Below are positions 29,217-38,898 of a stretch of DNA of 64,000 bases, in pieces (the first letter of the stretch is position 1; the number at the start of each line of letters is the position of its first letter). The notes beneath the pieces were generated by a model. It had not been told where the DNA came from. It searched no databases and saw only the letters and a list, made by a program, of their open reading frames with translations. The translations under genes and the position numbers were made by a program. Location: the sequence record ON568341.1; one strand, 5' to 3'. This stretch comes from Escherichia phage UE-S1.

Positions 29217-29567
29217 ATGTTAACTGTATACAAATTTAACAAAGAAGAGTACTTAAAGAGTCAGTACTCAAATATAGAAATAAATGTTCCTTATGGTACG
29301 TTAGTTGGATATGATGAAGCCACTGAAACATTGTATTATAATGATGATAGATTGGATTATAGTTTAGATTCTTTCATAGAAGATATACTTAATACACAAA
29401 CTGAAGATATGTTGTATGAAGAATACATCGATCATTATAGAGAACGTATGTCGGTGCTGCATTCTGATGCTCCTGTACTAAACATAGCACAAGAACCATC
29501 GGAATTTCAGCCACATAATCCTTTTCAACGTTTAATTGATATTGGTTTAAAATTCACTATTAGTTGA
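29217..29567 (+). CDS. Hypothetical protein (116 aa)
   Basis: ORF with RBS GGGAGAA. Confidence 0.4.
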   Translation: MLTVYKFNKEEYLKSQYSNIEINVPYGTLVGYDEATETLYYNDDRLDYSLDSFIEDILNTQTEDMLYEEYIDHYRERMSVLHSDAPVLNIAQEPSEFQPHNPFQRLIDIGLKFTIS

Positions 29568-29606
29568 TAGATAAATATCTCCATATTAATGATGGAGATT
29601 GAATCT

Positions 29607-29915
29607 ATGTCACAGATATGTTATGTTATAATAAACTCTGCATGGCCTGACTATGTTAAGATTGGTTTCACTTCTAAATCTGAAATGACAGAGCGTTTGA
29701 GAACGTATCAGACAGCTACCCCGTTTCGTGATTTTGAAGTTTATCATGAAGTTCACTTTGAAGACGCACGTTTAGCTGAAAAAGAGATACATAAAAGGCT
29801 TAAACAAATGAATGCAACTAGACAACCAAACACGGAGTGGTTTAAAATGTCTAAAAAAATAGCAGCAAACATCATTGATTCTGTGTGGGATGATATGGAT
29901 AACGACTTGCTATAG
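29607..29915 (+). CDS. GIY-YIG-superfamily / T5orf172-like domain protein
   Basis: Pattern CYVIINSAWPDYVKIGFTSK…RLRTYQTATPFRDFEVYH…EWF typical of T5orf172-type domains; GGAG RBS before ATG 29607 (ORF track start 29589). Confidence 0.45.
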   Translation: MSQICYVIINSAWPDYVKIGFTSKSEMTERLRTYQTATPFRDFEVYHEVHFEDARLAEKEIHKRLKQMNATRQPNTEWFKMSKKIAANIIDSVWDDMDNDLL

Positions 29916-29955
29916 GAATAAATATAGTATATATTAATCATAAAGGGATTTATAC

Positions 29956-31566
29956 ATGAGCATAAGTTTTAATAACCCATTGGATACAATGACCAGTACT
30001 GGTGCTAATGGATCTTTAGAACTAATAGTGCTTGGTGGTACACCAACTAACCCAAGACCTATTCGTTTTAATTCGTCATCAGTTATTATACCAGTAAAAA
30101 CACTACCTACTGGTGAGCAAGGTGCAATGGTTTTTGATAGAAATGAATTAGTTTTGAAGTATCATAACGGTACAAGTTGGATTGCAGTGTACGATAATGA
30201 TACTATTTTGGAGCCAATTAGGATTTCACTAGATGAAGTAAACAGAAAACTAAATTTAAAGGTAGAAAGTGTAACATATAGTAGCAGTTCTGTTCCAAGT
30301 GCAAGTATAAGTGGAACTAATTTAAATATTGTATTCCCTACTGTGTCTACGGGTGGTTCTGGCCCTACTGGACTTTATACTTCACTAAAACCTGGGGCTA
30401 TTACACAATATTCATTGACTTCTGGTCAATCGGTTGCTAGTATACGCGAACAAATGTCAGGACAATCGAATGGACAAAGTGGACGAAACGGTTCACAAGG
30501 TGCTCCGTGGAAAACGTCAGACGGTTGGTGTTTTGCTGATGGTATGTGGTGGCAATGGGAGGGGGAAAATGGTACAATTACCAAACAAGTACCAAACCTT
30601 AACCAAAACGCGTATTTAAAAGGTATATCCACATCGGGTGTAACTAAAACTGATAGTGTTATTGGTAGTAGCGGTAATATTAGCGGCACAGTATTAAGTG
30701 TTGCCCAGTTACCATCACACTCATTTAGTTTTAGTGGGACCACTAGTGCTGCTGGTCGTCACGGTCATAGTCAGGCACTAAAAGGTAATGACCGTAGTGG
30801 TCTAAATGCAATAACATCTAGTAGAGATAATGGCATCCCAACTGTAATCAGTAATATTAATGAAGCACCCGACCATGTTCACTCATTTAGTGGAAACACA
30901 AACACACTTGGTGGAAATCAGCCACATTATCATGGCATTAGTAACATTGATGTGGAACACTTAAACGTCGCCTACCTATATAACATTGCTGAATCTAACG
31001 TCGCATTGAGCGAAAAAGTTGCAAATAAACGTTATGTACTAAAAACTGGTGATACAATGACTGGTTCATTGACTATTGCAAACAGTGCATCCATACAGTC
31101 AAATGATACATCATTAGTTCTTTATTTCCGCAATGCAAGTGGTGGTGAACGTGCAGCGGTATATCATAACTCATCAAACAATACCTTGAGATTACGTTCC
31201 GGTGGTGCTGAAGTAGCTGTAAACTCTTCTGGTAACTTATCTGCTCCATCTTTAACTGTTTCTACTAACTCAGCTACTGTTGGTGGCAAAAATATTGTTC
31301 GTTCTATTAACGGAAATGCAGCAGATGGTAATGGTAATGTTACATTACAAATTAGTGCTAATAATGTACAAAGTGTACGTTTGAGTGCAAGAATTGAAAC
31401 TGGTAAAATGTCTGACAAGTCGTGGACATATACACCGGAGGGTTCCTTTATGGATGGAATATATCTTTCTGTAAATGGTAGCTCTGGTACACACGTCGAA
31501 CGCCTAAGTTATCGTTTTATTCAAGTACAAATTAATGGCAACTGGGAAACTGTACGTCCACAATAA
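29956..31566 (+). CDS. Tail-fibre-like protein with His-rich (HxH) segment (536 aa)
   Basis: Fibre hallmark KTGDTMTGSLTI; HxH boxes (GRHGHSQ, PDHVHSF, PHYHGI); Ser/Thr/Gly/Asn-rich. Confidence 0.6.
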   Translation: MSISFNNPLDTMTSTGANGSLELIVLGGTPTNPRPIRFNSSSVIIPVKTLPTGEQGAMVFDRNELVLKYHNGTSWIAVYDNDTILEPIRISLDEVNRKLNLKVESVTYSSSSVPSASISGTNLNIVFPTVSTGGSGPTGLYTSLKPGAITQYSLTSGQSVASIREQMSGQSNGQSGRNGSQGAPWKTSDGWCFADGMWWQWEGENGTITKQVPNLNQNAYLKGISTSGVTKTDSVIGSSGNISGTVLSVAQLPSHSFSFSGTTSAAGRHGHSQALKGNDRSGLNAITSSRDNGIPTVISNINEAPDHVHSFSGNTNTLGGNQPHYHGISNIDVEHLNVAYLYNIAESNVALSEKVANKRYVLKTGDTMTGSLTIANSASIQSNDTSLVLYFRNASGGERAAVYHNSSNNTLRLRSGGAEVAVNSSGNLSAPSLTVSTNSATVGGKNIVRSINGNAADGNGNVTLQISANNVQSVRLSARIETGKMSDKSWTYTPEGSFMDGIYLSVNGSSGTHVERLSYRFIQVQINGNWETVRPQ

Positions 31567-31576
31567 GGAGTGTGTG

Positions 31577-32086
31577 ATGCAATTAACAAATTTTAAGATG
31601 TATGACAAAGAAGGTGGTAATTCTAATTCATTATATATGATTTCTGATGAAGGTATGGATTGGTATGATTCTCGTGGATTGTTTGACATTAATAAAGCAA
31701 AATTTATGTATGATAATAATGGTCTGATTGTTTCAGCATCATACAACATTCACGAATTAGTACCTTTGGGTTTTAGCGTTGCTGAAATAGATTATGATGG
31801 GGATATCAATAAACTATATGGTATGGTTTATGATGGTAACACTATTAGTGAATATGTTGAAACTAAAGAAGAAAAAAATGAACGCTTAAAAAATGAATTG
31901 GCAAATTTAAAATATATGGCAATCCAAGAAATCAGCCACTTAAAAACCGCTATGGATCTTGGTTTAGCAACGGATGAAGAATCAGTATTGTTTGGGAAAT
32001 TAAAAGAATATGTAACACAATTATCTTCAATTAAACCAGCAGATATGATTAAGAAAACATTTTCATTCCCAGTTAAACCTGAATAA
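31577..32086 (+). CDS. Putative tail fibre assembly chaperone (169 aa)
   Basis: Immediately downstream of fibre gene with GGAG RBS; function by position only. Confidence 0.3.
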   Translation: MQLTNFKMYDKEGGNSNSLYMISDEGMDWYDSRGLFDINKAKFMYDNNGLIVSASYNIHELVPLGFSVAEIDYDGDINKLYGMVYDGNTISEYVETKEEKNERLKNELANLKYMAIQEISHLKTAMDLGLATDEESVLFGKLKEYVTQLSSIKPADMIKKTFSFPVKPE

Positions 32087-32123
32087 AAAATTGGGACAGT
32101 GGATATAACTGTGATACACTTAA

Positions 32124-32158
32124 GTCATCTCACTAATGGTAGTGAGATGACATTTTTT
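32124..32158 (+). terminator. Rho-independent terminator after the fibre/chaperone pair
   Basis: 11-bp stem gtcatctcact / agtgagatgac followed by T6. Confidence 0.7.
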
Positions 32159-32183
32159 CAAAACACATGGAGATATACAAAAA

Positions 32184-32486
32184 ATGGCTAAATCTAAAAA
32201 AGAAGTTAAAGTAGAAATTCGTGATCTAAACGATGAACAACGTAAACGTCTCGGTGATGCACTTAATAACATTGTTGTACAACTTACTTTCATTGATGAT
32301 ACCAAAGCATCCTTGTCAGATTTTGTTTCTAGTATTTCAGATGAACTAGGTATCAATGCATCTGATATCAAGCAAGCTGCACAGCGTATGTACAAAGGTG
32401 ATTACTTTGATAAACAAAGCAAACTAGATAACATCGAAACTATCCTAAGTGTTACTAATAATCTACCACAAGCAGATGATTACTAA
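32184..32486 (+). CDS. Hypothetical protein (100 aa)
   Basis: ORF with RBS GGAGATA upstream; followed by hairpin 32510-32536. Confidence 0.4.
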   Translation: MAKSKKEVKVEIRDLNDEQRKRLGDALNNIVVQLTFIDDTKASLSDFVSSISDELGINASDIKQAAQRMYKGDYFDKQSKLDNIETILSVTNNLPQADDY

Positions 32487-32509
32487 TTTCTAATAAAATA
32501 TATTCAATG

Positions 32510-32536
32510 GCCTCCAGTGACGGAGGCTTTCTTTTT
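32510..32536 (+). promoter_or_regulatory. Hairpin plus U-run immediately upstream of the DNA polymerase RBS (terminator and/or translational operator)
   Basis: gcctcc-agtgac-ggaggc followed by tttcttttt, ending about 30 nt before ATG 32566. Confidence 0.4.
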
Positions 32537-32565
32537 AACTTAATAAACGTAAGGGAATATAAACG

Positions 32566-35500
32566 ATGTATATCGATGCTTATATGGAACGTAAACGTAC
32601 TGGTGATATTCTTCATGTTGTGGAACGTAAAAATGGTAAACGCATTCTACGTGAATTGGACCCAGTATATGAATATTATGTTGAATCACCACAAGGAACA
32701 CATAAAACTGTTTATGGTACAATGGCTAAACATTTTGAGTTTCAAACCCAAGCTCAAATGAATAAAAGTGTAGAGAAACACAAAAGTGAAGGTCTACGTA
32801 TTTTTGAAAGTGATTGTAATATCATATTCAAAACCTTAGCTAAAGAATATATGGGGAAAGGTTCACCAGATTTGAATATCGTATTCTTCGATATTGAGAC
32901 TGACTTCCATAAGAAATTTGGTTATGCTCCACCATCGGACCCATTTAACCGCGTAACTGCTATTTCTTTATATCAATCATGGACTGGAAAAGATTATGTA
33001 CTTACTTTACCACCAGTTGATATGGAAATTTATGAAGCACAAGATATTGTTCGTAAACTAAATGAAGAAACAAATGATCCTAACAGTACTGTGATTCTAT
33101 ATACAGACGAAAAGGAAATGTTTATGGAATTCTTTAGTTTAATTGATGACTCTGATGTTATTTCAGGATGGAATAGTGAATTTTTTGATATTCCATATAT
33201 GATCAATCGAACTAAAAAAATCTTCAATGAAGCAACGACTGCTCGTTGGTGTTTATGGAATAAAAAACCAAATTCACGTGAAGCCGATAACTTTGGAAAA
33301 ACTGTACAAACTTATGATCTGGTAGGACGTGTTCATCTAGATTACTTGGCTTTGTATAAAAAACATGCTGGGCAAGTTGAACAATCTTATAAACTAGATT
33401 ATATTGCTGAAAAAGTAACAAAAGAAAATAAAGTATCTTATGAAGGTTCATTGGATAAACTTTATAGAGAAGATTACATTACTTTCTTGCGTTATTCTAA
33501 ACAGGATAGTATTCTTCTTAAAAAGATTGATGCTAAATGTGACTATATCAACCTACACAATCGTCTTGCACATAAAGAGTGTGTACTTATTAGTACAACA
33601 ATGGGTTCAGTAGCACTAATTGACACTGCTATTATTAACTTAGCACATAGCCGTGGTGAAGTTGTTTTTAACAAAGCACCTAAAGACGATGTTGAGTTTG
33701 ATCCAGAAATGGAATATTATAGTGATGATGGTGAAGATGAAGAAGAGAAAATCAGTGCAAAAGCCGCAGGTGCATGGGTACAAGATCCAGTTTTGGGACT
33801 TGTAAGTGACCTTGGATGTACTGACTTTAACTCTCTTTATCCTACAGTTCTACGTACATTGGGAATGAGCACAGAATGTATTCTTGGTCAATTACGTCAA
33901 GATTATACGGATGCGTATCTTGCAGCTAAAATTCAGGAACAGAAAAATAAATCCAAATCTAGATCATTTGAACCAGACTGGACTGCCGCATGGCATGGTT
34001 TGTTTGCTGCTGTTGAGTTCACTATGGTTCATGAAAAGTCAGAAGAAACATTGATTGTAGATTTAGAAGATGGGAGTTCTTTTAAAGCAACTGGAAAAGA
34101 ACTATATGATATTATTTTTGCAGAAGATAGTACTATTGTTCTAAGTGCAAATGGAACCTTGTTTGATAAATCAAAATCTGGTGTAATTCCAGATATTCTT
34201 ACACAATGGTATTCTGAACGTAAAGCTCAACAAAAAATGGTTATTGATTACAAACATATGTGTACTGATGGTTGGGAGTTTAATGGTCATGAAAAAGTTG
34301 AACCACTATTGACAAACTATACCCCAGGAACTATGTTTAGAACTAATATCCATGATAACGATCCTGTATACTTACTTCGCAAAGAAATTGGCAAAGGACA
34401 ATGGGATGAAGTTGCTAAGTTGATTGTAGAAAATGGATTAGTACTTAAAGATGGTCGCATTTACTGTCCTAAAGAAGAAAAAGATTACTTCAAACAACGT
34501 AGTGCTTTCTGGAAACAGAACCAACAGATTCGTAAAATTCTTCTAAACAGTCTATATGGTGCACTACTGAACAAAGGTTCTCGTTTCTTTGATAAGCGTT
34601 TGGGTCAATCTGTCACATTAACTGGTCGTTCGATGACTAAGCATATGGCAAGTCGTATCAATGAAATTACAACTGGTGTATATATTCATCACGGCGGTTC
34701 TGTGATCTATGGGGACACTGACTCTGTGTACTTTAGTGTAACGCATTATCTAAAAGAACAAGGCATTCCATATAATTTATCTAAAGAAGAAATTGTTGAT
34801 ATGTATATTAAAATTGGTGAAGAAGTTGGTGAATCTTTTCCATCATTTATGCATCAAATGTTCAACACTGGTATTGAAAAAGGTAAGATTGTTGGGGCAG
34901 ACCTTGAGATGGTTGGTTCCCGTGGATTATTCTTGAAGAAAAAACGTTATGCAATTTTGAAGTACTGGGAAGATGGATTTCGCAAAGATATTGATGGTAA
35001 ACCTGGTGAAATCAAAGCTATGGGTCTTGAAATTAAACGTTCAGATACACCAAAATACATCCAGAACTTCCTAGAAGAGACTCTAATTGCACTACTGGTA
35101 GGTGAGAATGAACAACAGTTAAAACAGCGTGTACGTGCTTTTAAGGACGTATTTAAAGATATGCCTGTGCATGAAAAAGGCTCACCAAAAACTGTAAAAA
35201 ACTACACAAATTTAGAGGCCGAATATCAACTAACAGGTAAGTGTAAGGTTGGGCACGTTCTTGCTGGTATTCAATGGAACCGCTTACGTGAAGTTTATGA
35301 TGATAAAACTGTCCCAGAAGTAACTGATGGAACAAAAGTAATTGTTTGTAACTTAAAAGATAATCCAATGGGGATTAAAGCAGTTGGTTATCCAATTGAC
35401 TGTGTTGAGTATCTACCTGAATGGTTCTTAGAACTACCATTTGACACTGAAAAAATGGAAGAGATTGTTCTAACTAAAAAATTAGAGAATATTTTTGGTA

Positions 35501-35571
35501 TTTTAGATATGGATATTGGTATTCATGAAAAAAGTACTGCATCAGTAAACAATGGATTCTTCACTTGGTAA
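32566..35571 (+). CDS. DNA polymerase, family B, gp43-like (1001 aa)
   Basis: Exo I motif FFDIETDF; Pol motif C YGDTDSVYF; Pol motif A-like LYPTVLRTLGMS; RBS AAGGGA. Confidence 0.95.
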   Translation: MYIDAYMERKRTGDILHVVERKNGKRILRELDPVYEYYVESPQGTHKTVYGTMAKHFEFQTQAQMNKSVEKHKSEGLRIFESDCNIIFKTLAKEYMGKGSPDLNIVFFDIETDFHKKFGYAPPSDPFNRVTAISLYQSWTGKDYVLTLPPVDMEIYEAQDIVRKLNEETNDPNSTVILYTDEKEMFMEFFSLIDDSDVISGWNSEFFDIPYMINRTKKIFNEATTARWCLWNKKPNSREADNFGKTVQTYDLVGRVHLDYLALYKKHAGQVEQSYKLDYIAEKVTKENKVSYEGSLDKLYREDYITFLRYSKQDSILLKKIDAKCDYINLHNRLAHKECVLISTTMGSVALIDTAIINLAHSRGEVVFNKAPKDDVEFDPEMEYYSDDGEDEEEKISAKAAGAWVQDPVLGLVSDLGCTDFNSLYPTVLRTLGMSTECILGQLRQDYTDAYLAAKIQEQKNKSKSRSFEPDWTAAWHGLFAAVEFTMVHEKSEETLIVDLEDGSSFKATGKELYDIIFAEDSTIVLSANGTLFDKSKSGVIPDILTQWYSERKAQQKMVIDYKHMCTDGWEFNGHEKVEPLLTNYTPGTMFRTNIHDNDPVYLLRKEIGKGQWDEVAKLIVENGLVLKDGRIYCPKEEKDYFKQRSAFWKQNQQIRKILLNSLYGALLNKGSRFFDKRLGQSVTLTGRSMTKHMASRINEITTGVYIHHGGSVIYGDTDSVYFSVTHYLKEQGIPYNLSKEEIVDMYIKIGEEVGESFPSFMHQMFNTGIEKGKIVGADLEMVGSRGLFLKKKRYAILKYWEDGFRKDIDGKPGEIKAMGLEIKRSDTPKYIQNFLEETLIALLVGENEQQLKQRVRAFKDVFKDMPVHEKGSPKTVKNYTNLEAEYQLTGKCKVGHVLAGIQWNRLREVYDDKTVPEVTDGTKVIVCNLKDNPMGIKAVGYPIDCVEYLPEWFLELPFDTEKMEEIVLTKKLENIFGILDMDIGIHEKSTASVNNGFFTW

Positions 35572-35726
35572 GGAGTTAGATAATATGGTTATTGTAAATG
35601 AAATCGAACTAAATTATGATGAAGTAAACGACACTTTCACCAATGCAGTATTGAACATTACTGAAGAAAGTGTAAATGATGCATGGGAAAAATATGTAGA
35701 ATGGGCTGCATTACAAGGTAAAAATA

Positions 35727-36023
35727 ATGAGTAATATATATAAGCGTATTGGAGAAGTTCTGGAAGGTAATGGTATCATTAATTCAGTTCTAGCATACGA
35801 TAATAATGAAGAGATGGTTCTAATTGGTGCTGGTTTTACCCGCACTGGTTCGGTGGAAGTTGATGGCGAAATTGCTGATATCTACACTATTGTGAAAAAG
35901 CGTAATGTTGTTTTTGTGGATGATGTGTATACATTAAAAGACTTGGCAAATTTACGTAATAAAATTGGCATGAGTTCCACTATTGATAAACCTTATCTTA
36001 AACGTTGGAACACAAAATTCTGA
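35727..36023 (+). CDS. Hypothetical protein (98 aa)
   Basis: ORF downstream of polymerase. Confidence 0.35.
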   Translation: MSNIYKRIGEVLEGNGIINSVLAYDNNEEMVLIGAGFTRTGSVEVDGEIADIYTIVKKRNVVFVDDVYTLKDLANLRNKIGMSSTIDKPYLKRWNTKF

Positions 36024-36031
36024 TAAAAAAA

Positions 36032-36062
36032 ATGAGACAAGCATCATTTTTTGAGATATAAT
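36032..36062 (+). promoter_or_regulatory. Promoter (ATGAGACAA-N16-TATAAT)
   Basis: Motif family member, about 64 nt upstream of ATG 36126. Confidence 0.45.
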
Positions 36063-36125
36063 GGTGCTTGTAGTAATCTGACATAAACACATTTTTGATT
36101 AACAAATAGAACGGAGAATTATATA

Positions 36126-36857
36126 ATGGATCTACGCAACGTATTACGTGACCTTGTAAACACAACCAGTGGTATTGACTTCTCTTGTATTGCTGTAAGT
36201 AGTGAAGACCGTGGTGAAGGGCAACGTGTATATCTAGAAGCGTACACAGATGACCGAACTCTAGTGATGCGAGCATATACTAAAGAGGATGTTCCTGAAG
36301 TTCAGGGTCGCTTTGGGTTAGGAAATCTAGGTCTTCTTCAGGGTCTAATGTCTCTAAAAACATACAGTACTGAAGGAACAACAATCACATCAAATGTCAA
36401 AGACGGTTCTGTAAAAAGTCTAGCATTTAAATCTGAAGATGCAAGCACTACATTTATGGTACAAGCTGAAAAACTTATTCCAGTACAACCACGTTTTCAT
36501 GAACAACCATATGACGTACAGGTTATTCCTAGTGCAGCAAAAGTTCAAGAACTAAAGAGTTTTTCTGGTGTATTTAAATCATTCAGTTCTCTCGTAACTC
36601 CGTATACTGATGGTGACACACTATACTTTCACGTTGGTGAGAAAAACAAAAGCAACCACGTTGGTTCACTAGCTTTTTCTAAAACTGATGGAGAATTGGG
36701 ACTTGGATTTGGATATAATATTGATCGAGTACTTCAAGCACTATCTCGTGTCTCTAATGCTGAATCTGTATCACTTGGTATCACAAAAACTGGTATGTTA
36801 AATGTCACACTAGATACTGGAATTGCTGTATACAAATTTTATGTAACTGGTTGCTAA
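36126..36857 (+). CDS. Hypothetical replication-module protein; possible sliding clamp (gp45 position), 243 aa
   Basis: Own promoter and hairpin; location after polymerase; no diagnostic motif, so function is positional guess. Confidence 0.25.
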   Translation: MDLRNVLRDLVNTTSGIDFSCIAVSSEDRGEGQRVYLEAYTDDRTLVMRAYTKEDVPEVQGRFGLGNLGLLQGLMSLKTYSTEGTTITSNVKDGSVKSLAFKSEDASTTFMVQAEKLIPVQPRFHEQPYDVQVIPSAAKVQELKSFSGVFKSFSSLVTPYTDGDTLYFHVGEKNKSNHVGSLAFSKTDGELGLGFGYNIDRVLQALSRVSNAESVSLGITKTGMLNVTLDTGIAVYKFYVTGC

Positions 36858-36922
36858 TATAAATAACGGGGAACAAGTTGTTCCCCGAATTAGTTTGATT
36901 TAAAAGTAAAGGAATACAAAAA

Positions 36923-37129
36923 ATGCCATTATATACATATCGTTGTGAAAAAGAAGAATGTAAACATAGTATGGAAAAAATTGTTAAAATTGCTAATCGT
37001 GATGAACCCCATGACTGTCCTAAATGTAATGGTAAAAAGACTATGAAGTTAGAAGTATTCACACCAGGTGATAAAGGTGCTAATCTTTATTTCCGTGGAA
37101 AATGGTTTGCAAATACTGGAGGATACTGA
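36923..37129 (+). CDS. FmdB-family zinc-ribbon protein (68 aa)
   Basis: MPLYTYRCEKEEC…HDCPKCNG arrangement typical of FmdB-type zinc ribbons. Confidence 0.55.
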   Translation: MPLYTYRCEKEECKHSMEKIVKIANRDEPHDCPKCNGKKTMKLEVFTPGDKGANLYFRGKWFANTGGY

Positions 37130-37130
37130 T

Positions 37131-37430
37131 ATGAAAATTAAAATGATTAATGATTACGTTCTTGTTCGTCAAATTGAAGCACAGAATAAAAGTTCTGGTG
37201 GTATTATTCTAGGGAATGTTGAGCCACCATGCATTGGTATGGTAATTTCCGTTGGTCCAGGTAAAGTTCTACCGAACGGACAACTAGCAGAGCATGATAT
37301 TAAAGAAGGTGATATGGTTGTATTTGGACGTTCATCTTTGAACACTCCCCTAACTGAAGATCTTGGTGGTGGAGAAGACACATACTATGTAATGAAAATC
37401 GAAGAGATTTTTGGTAAGAAAAATGGCTAA
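37131..37430 (+). CDS. GroES-like co-chaperonin (T4 gp31 functional analog), 99 aa
   Basis: Cpn10 pattern MKIKMINDYVLVRQ…GGIILGN…GMVISVGPGKVLPNGQ…IKEGDMVVFGR; GGAGGA RBS before ATG 37131 (ORF track start 37068 is upstream extension). Confidence 0.7.
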   Translation: MKIKMINDYVLVRQIEAQNKSSGGIILGNVEPPCIGMVISVGPGKVLPNGQLAEHDIKEGDMVVFGRSSLNTPLTEDLGGGEDTYYVMKIEEIFGKKNG

Positions 37431-38148
37431 AAATAAATTTATACCATTTTGGATGATCCCTGCTCACTGGGGACTTTCTGGTAAGGCAAAAGAAATAGCC
37501 AAAGCATATTACTACAATGATGATTATGAAGCTGATATGAAGATTGCAGAATTGACATATCTAACTCCATATGAAGTTGAAGTAGCACAATTGGATATCA
37601 AAAAGAAATATGGTGTAATAGAAGAGTTAGAATATCTAATTGCTATACTAGATGTAGAATTGAAATATTCCAAAATTACTCGTGAACAGTATGATGTTAA
37701 AGTTCTTGATGCAAAATTGAGTACTGGTGCAATCACTGAAAAAGAATATGATATGGAAATCATCGAGCTAATGCCAGATGGTGATGAAAAAAGACTAAAG
37801 GCTATTGAATTTGCATATCGTTATGATGAAATCACACAAAGTGAATATTCTAAGGAAATATATACACTTCGAAAAGAGCCTTGGATTGATTTGAATGTGG
37901 TTCTTGACCCTGAAACAAATGAAGTTGAGTTTGTGTTTGATTATAATGAATATTTCTGGAAAAAACTGAAAGCGGAAGGTCATCCAGGTAATGACGAAGA
38001 AGAAATTATCGATAATTTTGTTAGAGACTTAGGTCGCAAACTTGCTACAGATGATTTCAGTGATGATTATGACGCAAAGTTGGTGAGTGTGAACGAAGGA
38101 TTAGACAAGCTACCTGGTTTACCTGAAGGATTTCGTTCATATAGATAA
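37423..38148 (+). CDS. Hypothetical protein (241 aa)
   Basis: ATG 37423 overlapping GroES-like stop; followed by bidirectional terminator. Confidence 0.4.
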   Translation: MAKNKFIPFWMIPAHWGLSGKAKEIAKAYYYNDDYEADMKIAELTYLTPYEVEVAQLDIKKKYGVIEELEYLIAILDVELKYSKITREQYDVKVLDAKLSTGAITEKEYDMEIIELMPDGDEKRLKAIEFAYRYDEITQSEYSKEIYTLRKEPWIDLNVVLDPETNEVEFVFDYNEYFWKKLKAEGHPGNDEEEIIDNFVRDLGRKLATDDFSDDYDAKLVSVNEGLDKLPGLPEGFRSYR

Positions 38149-38158
38149 AATATAAAAA

Positions 38159-38186
38159 GGAGAGCGTGTGCTCTCCTTTTCTTTTG
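38159..38186. terminator. Bidirectional terminator between convergent genes
   Basis: ggagagc-gtgt-gctctcc with A-run upstream and T-run downstream. Confidence 0.7.
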
Positions 38187-38193
38187 TAATATG

Positions 38194-38883
38194 TTAAACC
38201 AATGCTGGAAGATATTGGAATAGTTTAATACCGAAATCCCCTGCTGCATCAGCGGCCTGTGAACGTAGATAAACTTCAGTGACCCCATCTTTAGCAAGTA
38301 GTGGAACACCAGTTAGATCATCAATTAGTAGGCGACCTTCTTCATATTCAGTACTTGGAACGCCTTGTGGTGATTTTAGATCTTTGTTAAAAACACTAGC
38401 ACGTTCAACTAGGAATGTGATAACAGACGCATCATCAAGACTAACTTTACCAGCACTAATAACACCATCTGGTGCGTTGGTGAAACCAGTAACTGGAAAC
38501 ACTTCACTACCATTTCCTGCAATGTTGGATGTTGCAATAACAACTGCACGTTGTTGTACAACATCTACGATGCGTTTTACGTTAGTTTGTGCCGCATAGG
38601 ATGCATTGTAATCTGATTCTAGTGATTCTAGAACGAAAGCAGAACCATCAACACGCTTGATACCTTTATCATTTAGGTATGCTAGAATTTCTTCTGGGAT
38701 ATCAGTGTTTAGAAAACGTTGTAAACCTACATAAGAGGAAACTGCTCCTGTTACAAGAACGTTCACGTCACCAAGTTTACTAATAGCAATAGATGCTAGG
38801 GCGTTAGTACCACAAAAGTAACCTAGAATACGCTCAAATGAATACCCATTGATACGTTCAAAAGAAGTATTAGTATTTGACAT
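38194..38883 (-). CDS. Late structural protein, paralog A (229 aa); tail-tube-fold candidate
   Basis: Paralogous to adjacent gene (shared LQQRAVLVTTS / VQQRAVVIATS, VFNKQ/VFNKD); beta-rich composition; ATAAATA-like boxes upstream of the pair on minus strand. Confidence 0.4.
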   Translation of the reverse strand: MSNTNTSFERINGYSFERILGYFCGTNALASIAISKLGDVNVLVTGAVSSYVGLQRFLNTDIPEEILAYLNDKGIKRVDGSAFVLESLESDYNASYAAQTNVKRIVDVVQQRAVVIATSNIAGNGSEVFPVTGFTNAPDGVISAGKVSLDDASVITFLVERASVFNKDLKSPQGVPSTEYEEGRLLIDDLTGVPLLAKDGVTEVYLRSQAADAAGDFGIKLFQYLPALV

Positions 38884-38898
38884 AATATTACCTCTCTA

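Noticed and set aside
36867-36887. Hairpin cggggaaca-agt-tgttccccg after the 243-aa gene as a terminator
   Set aside because: Strong stem but no following U-tract; may be a processing or stability element rather than an intrinsic terminator, so not listed as a feature.
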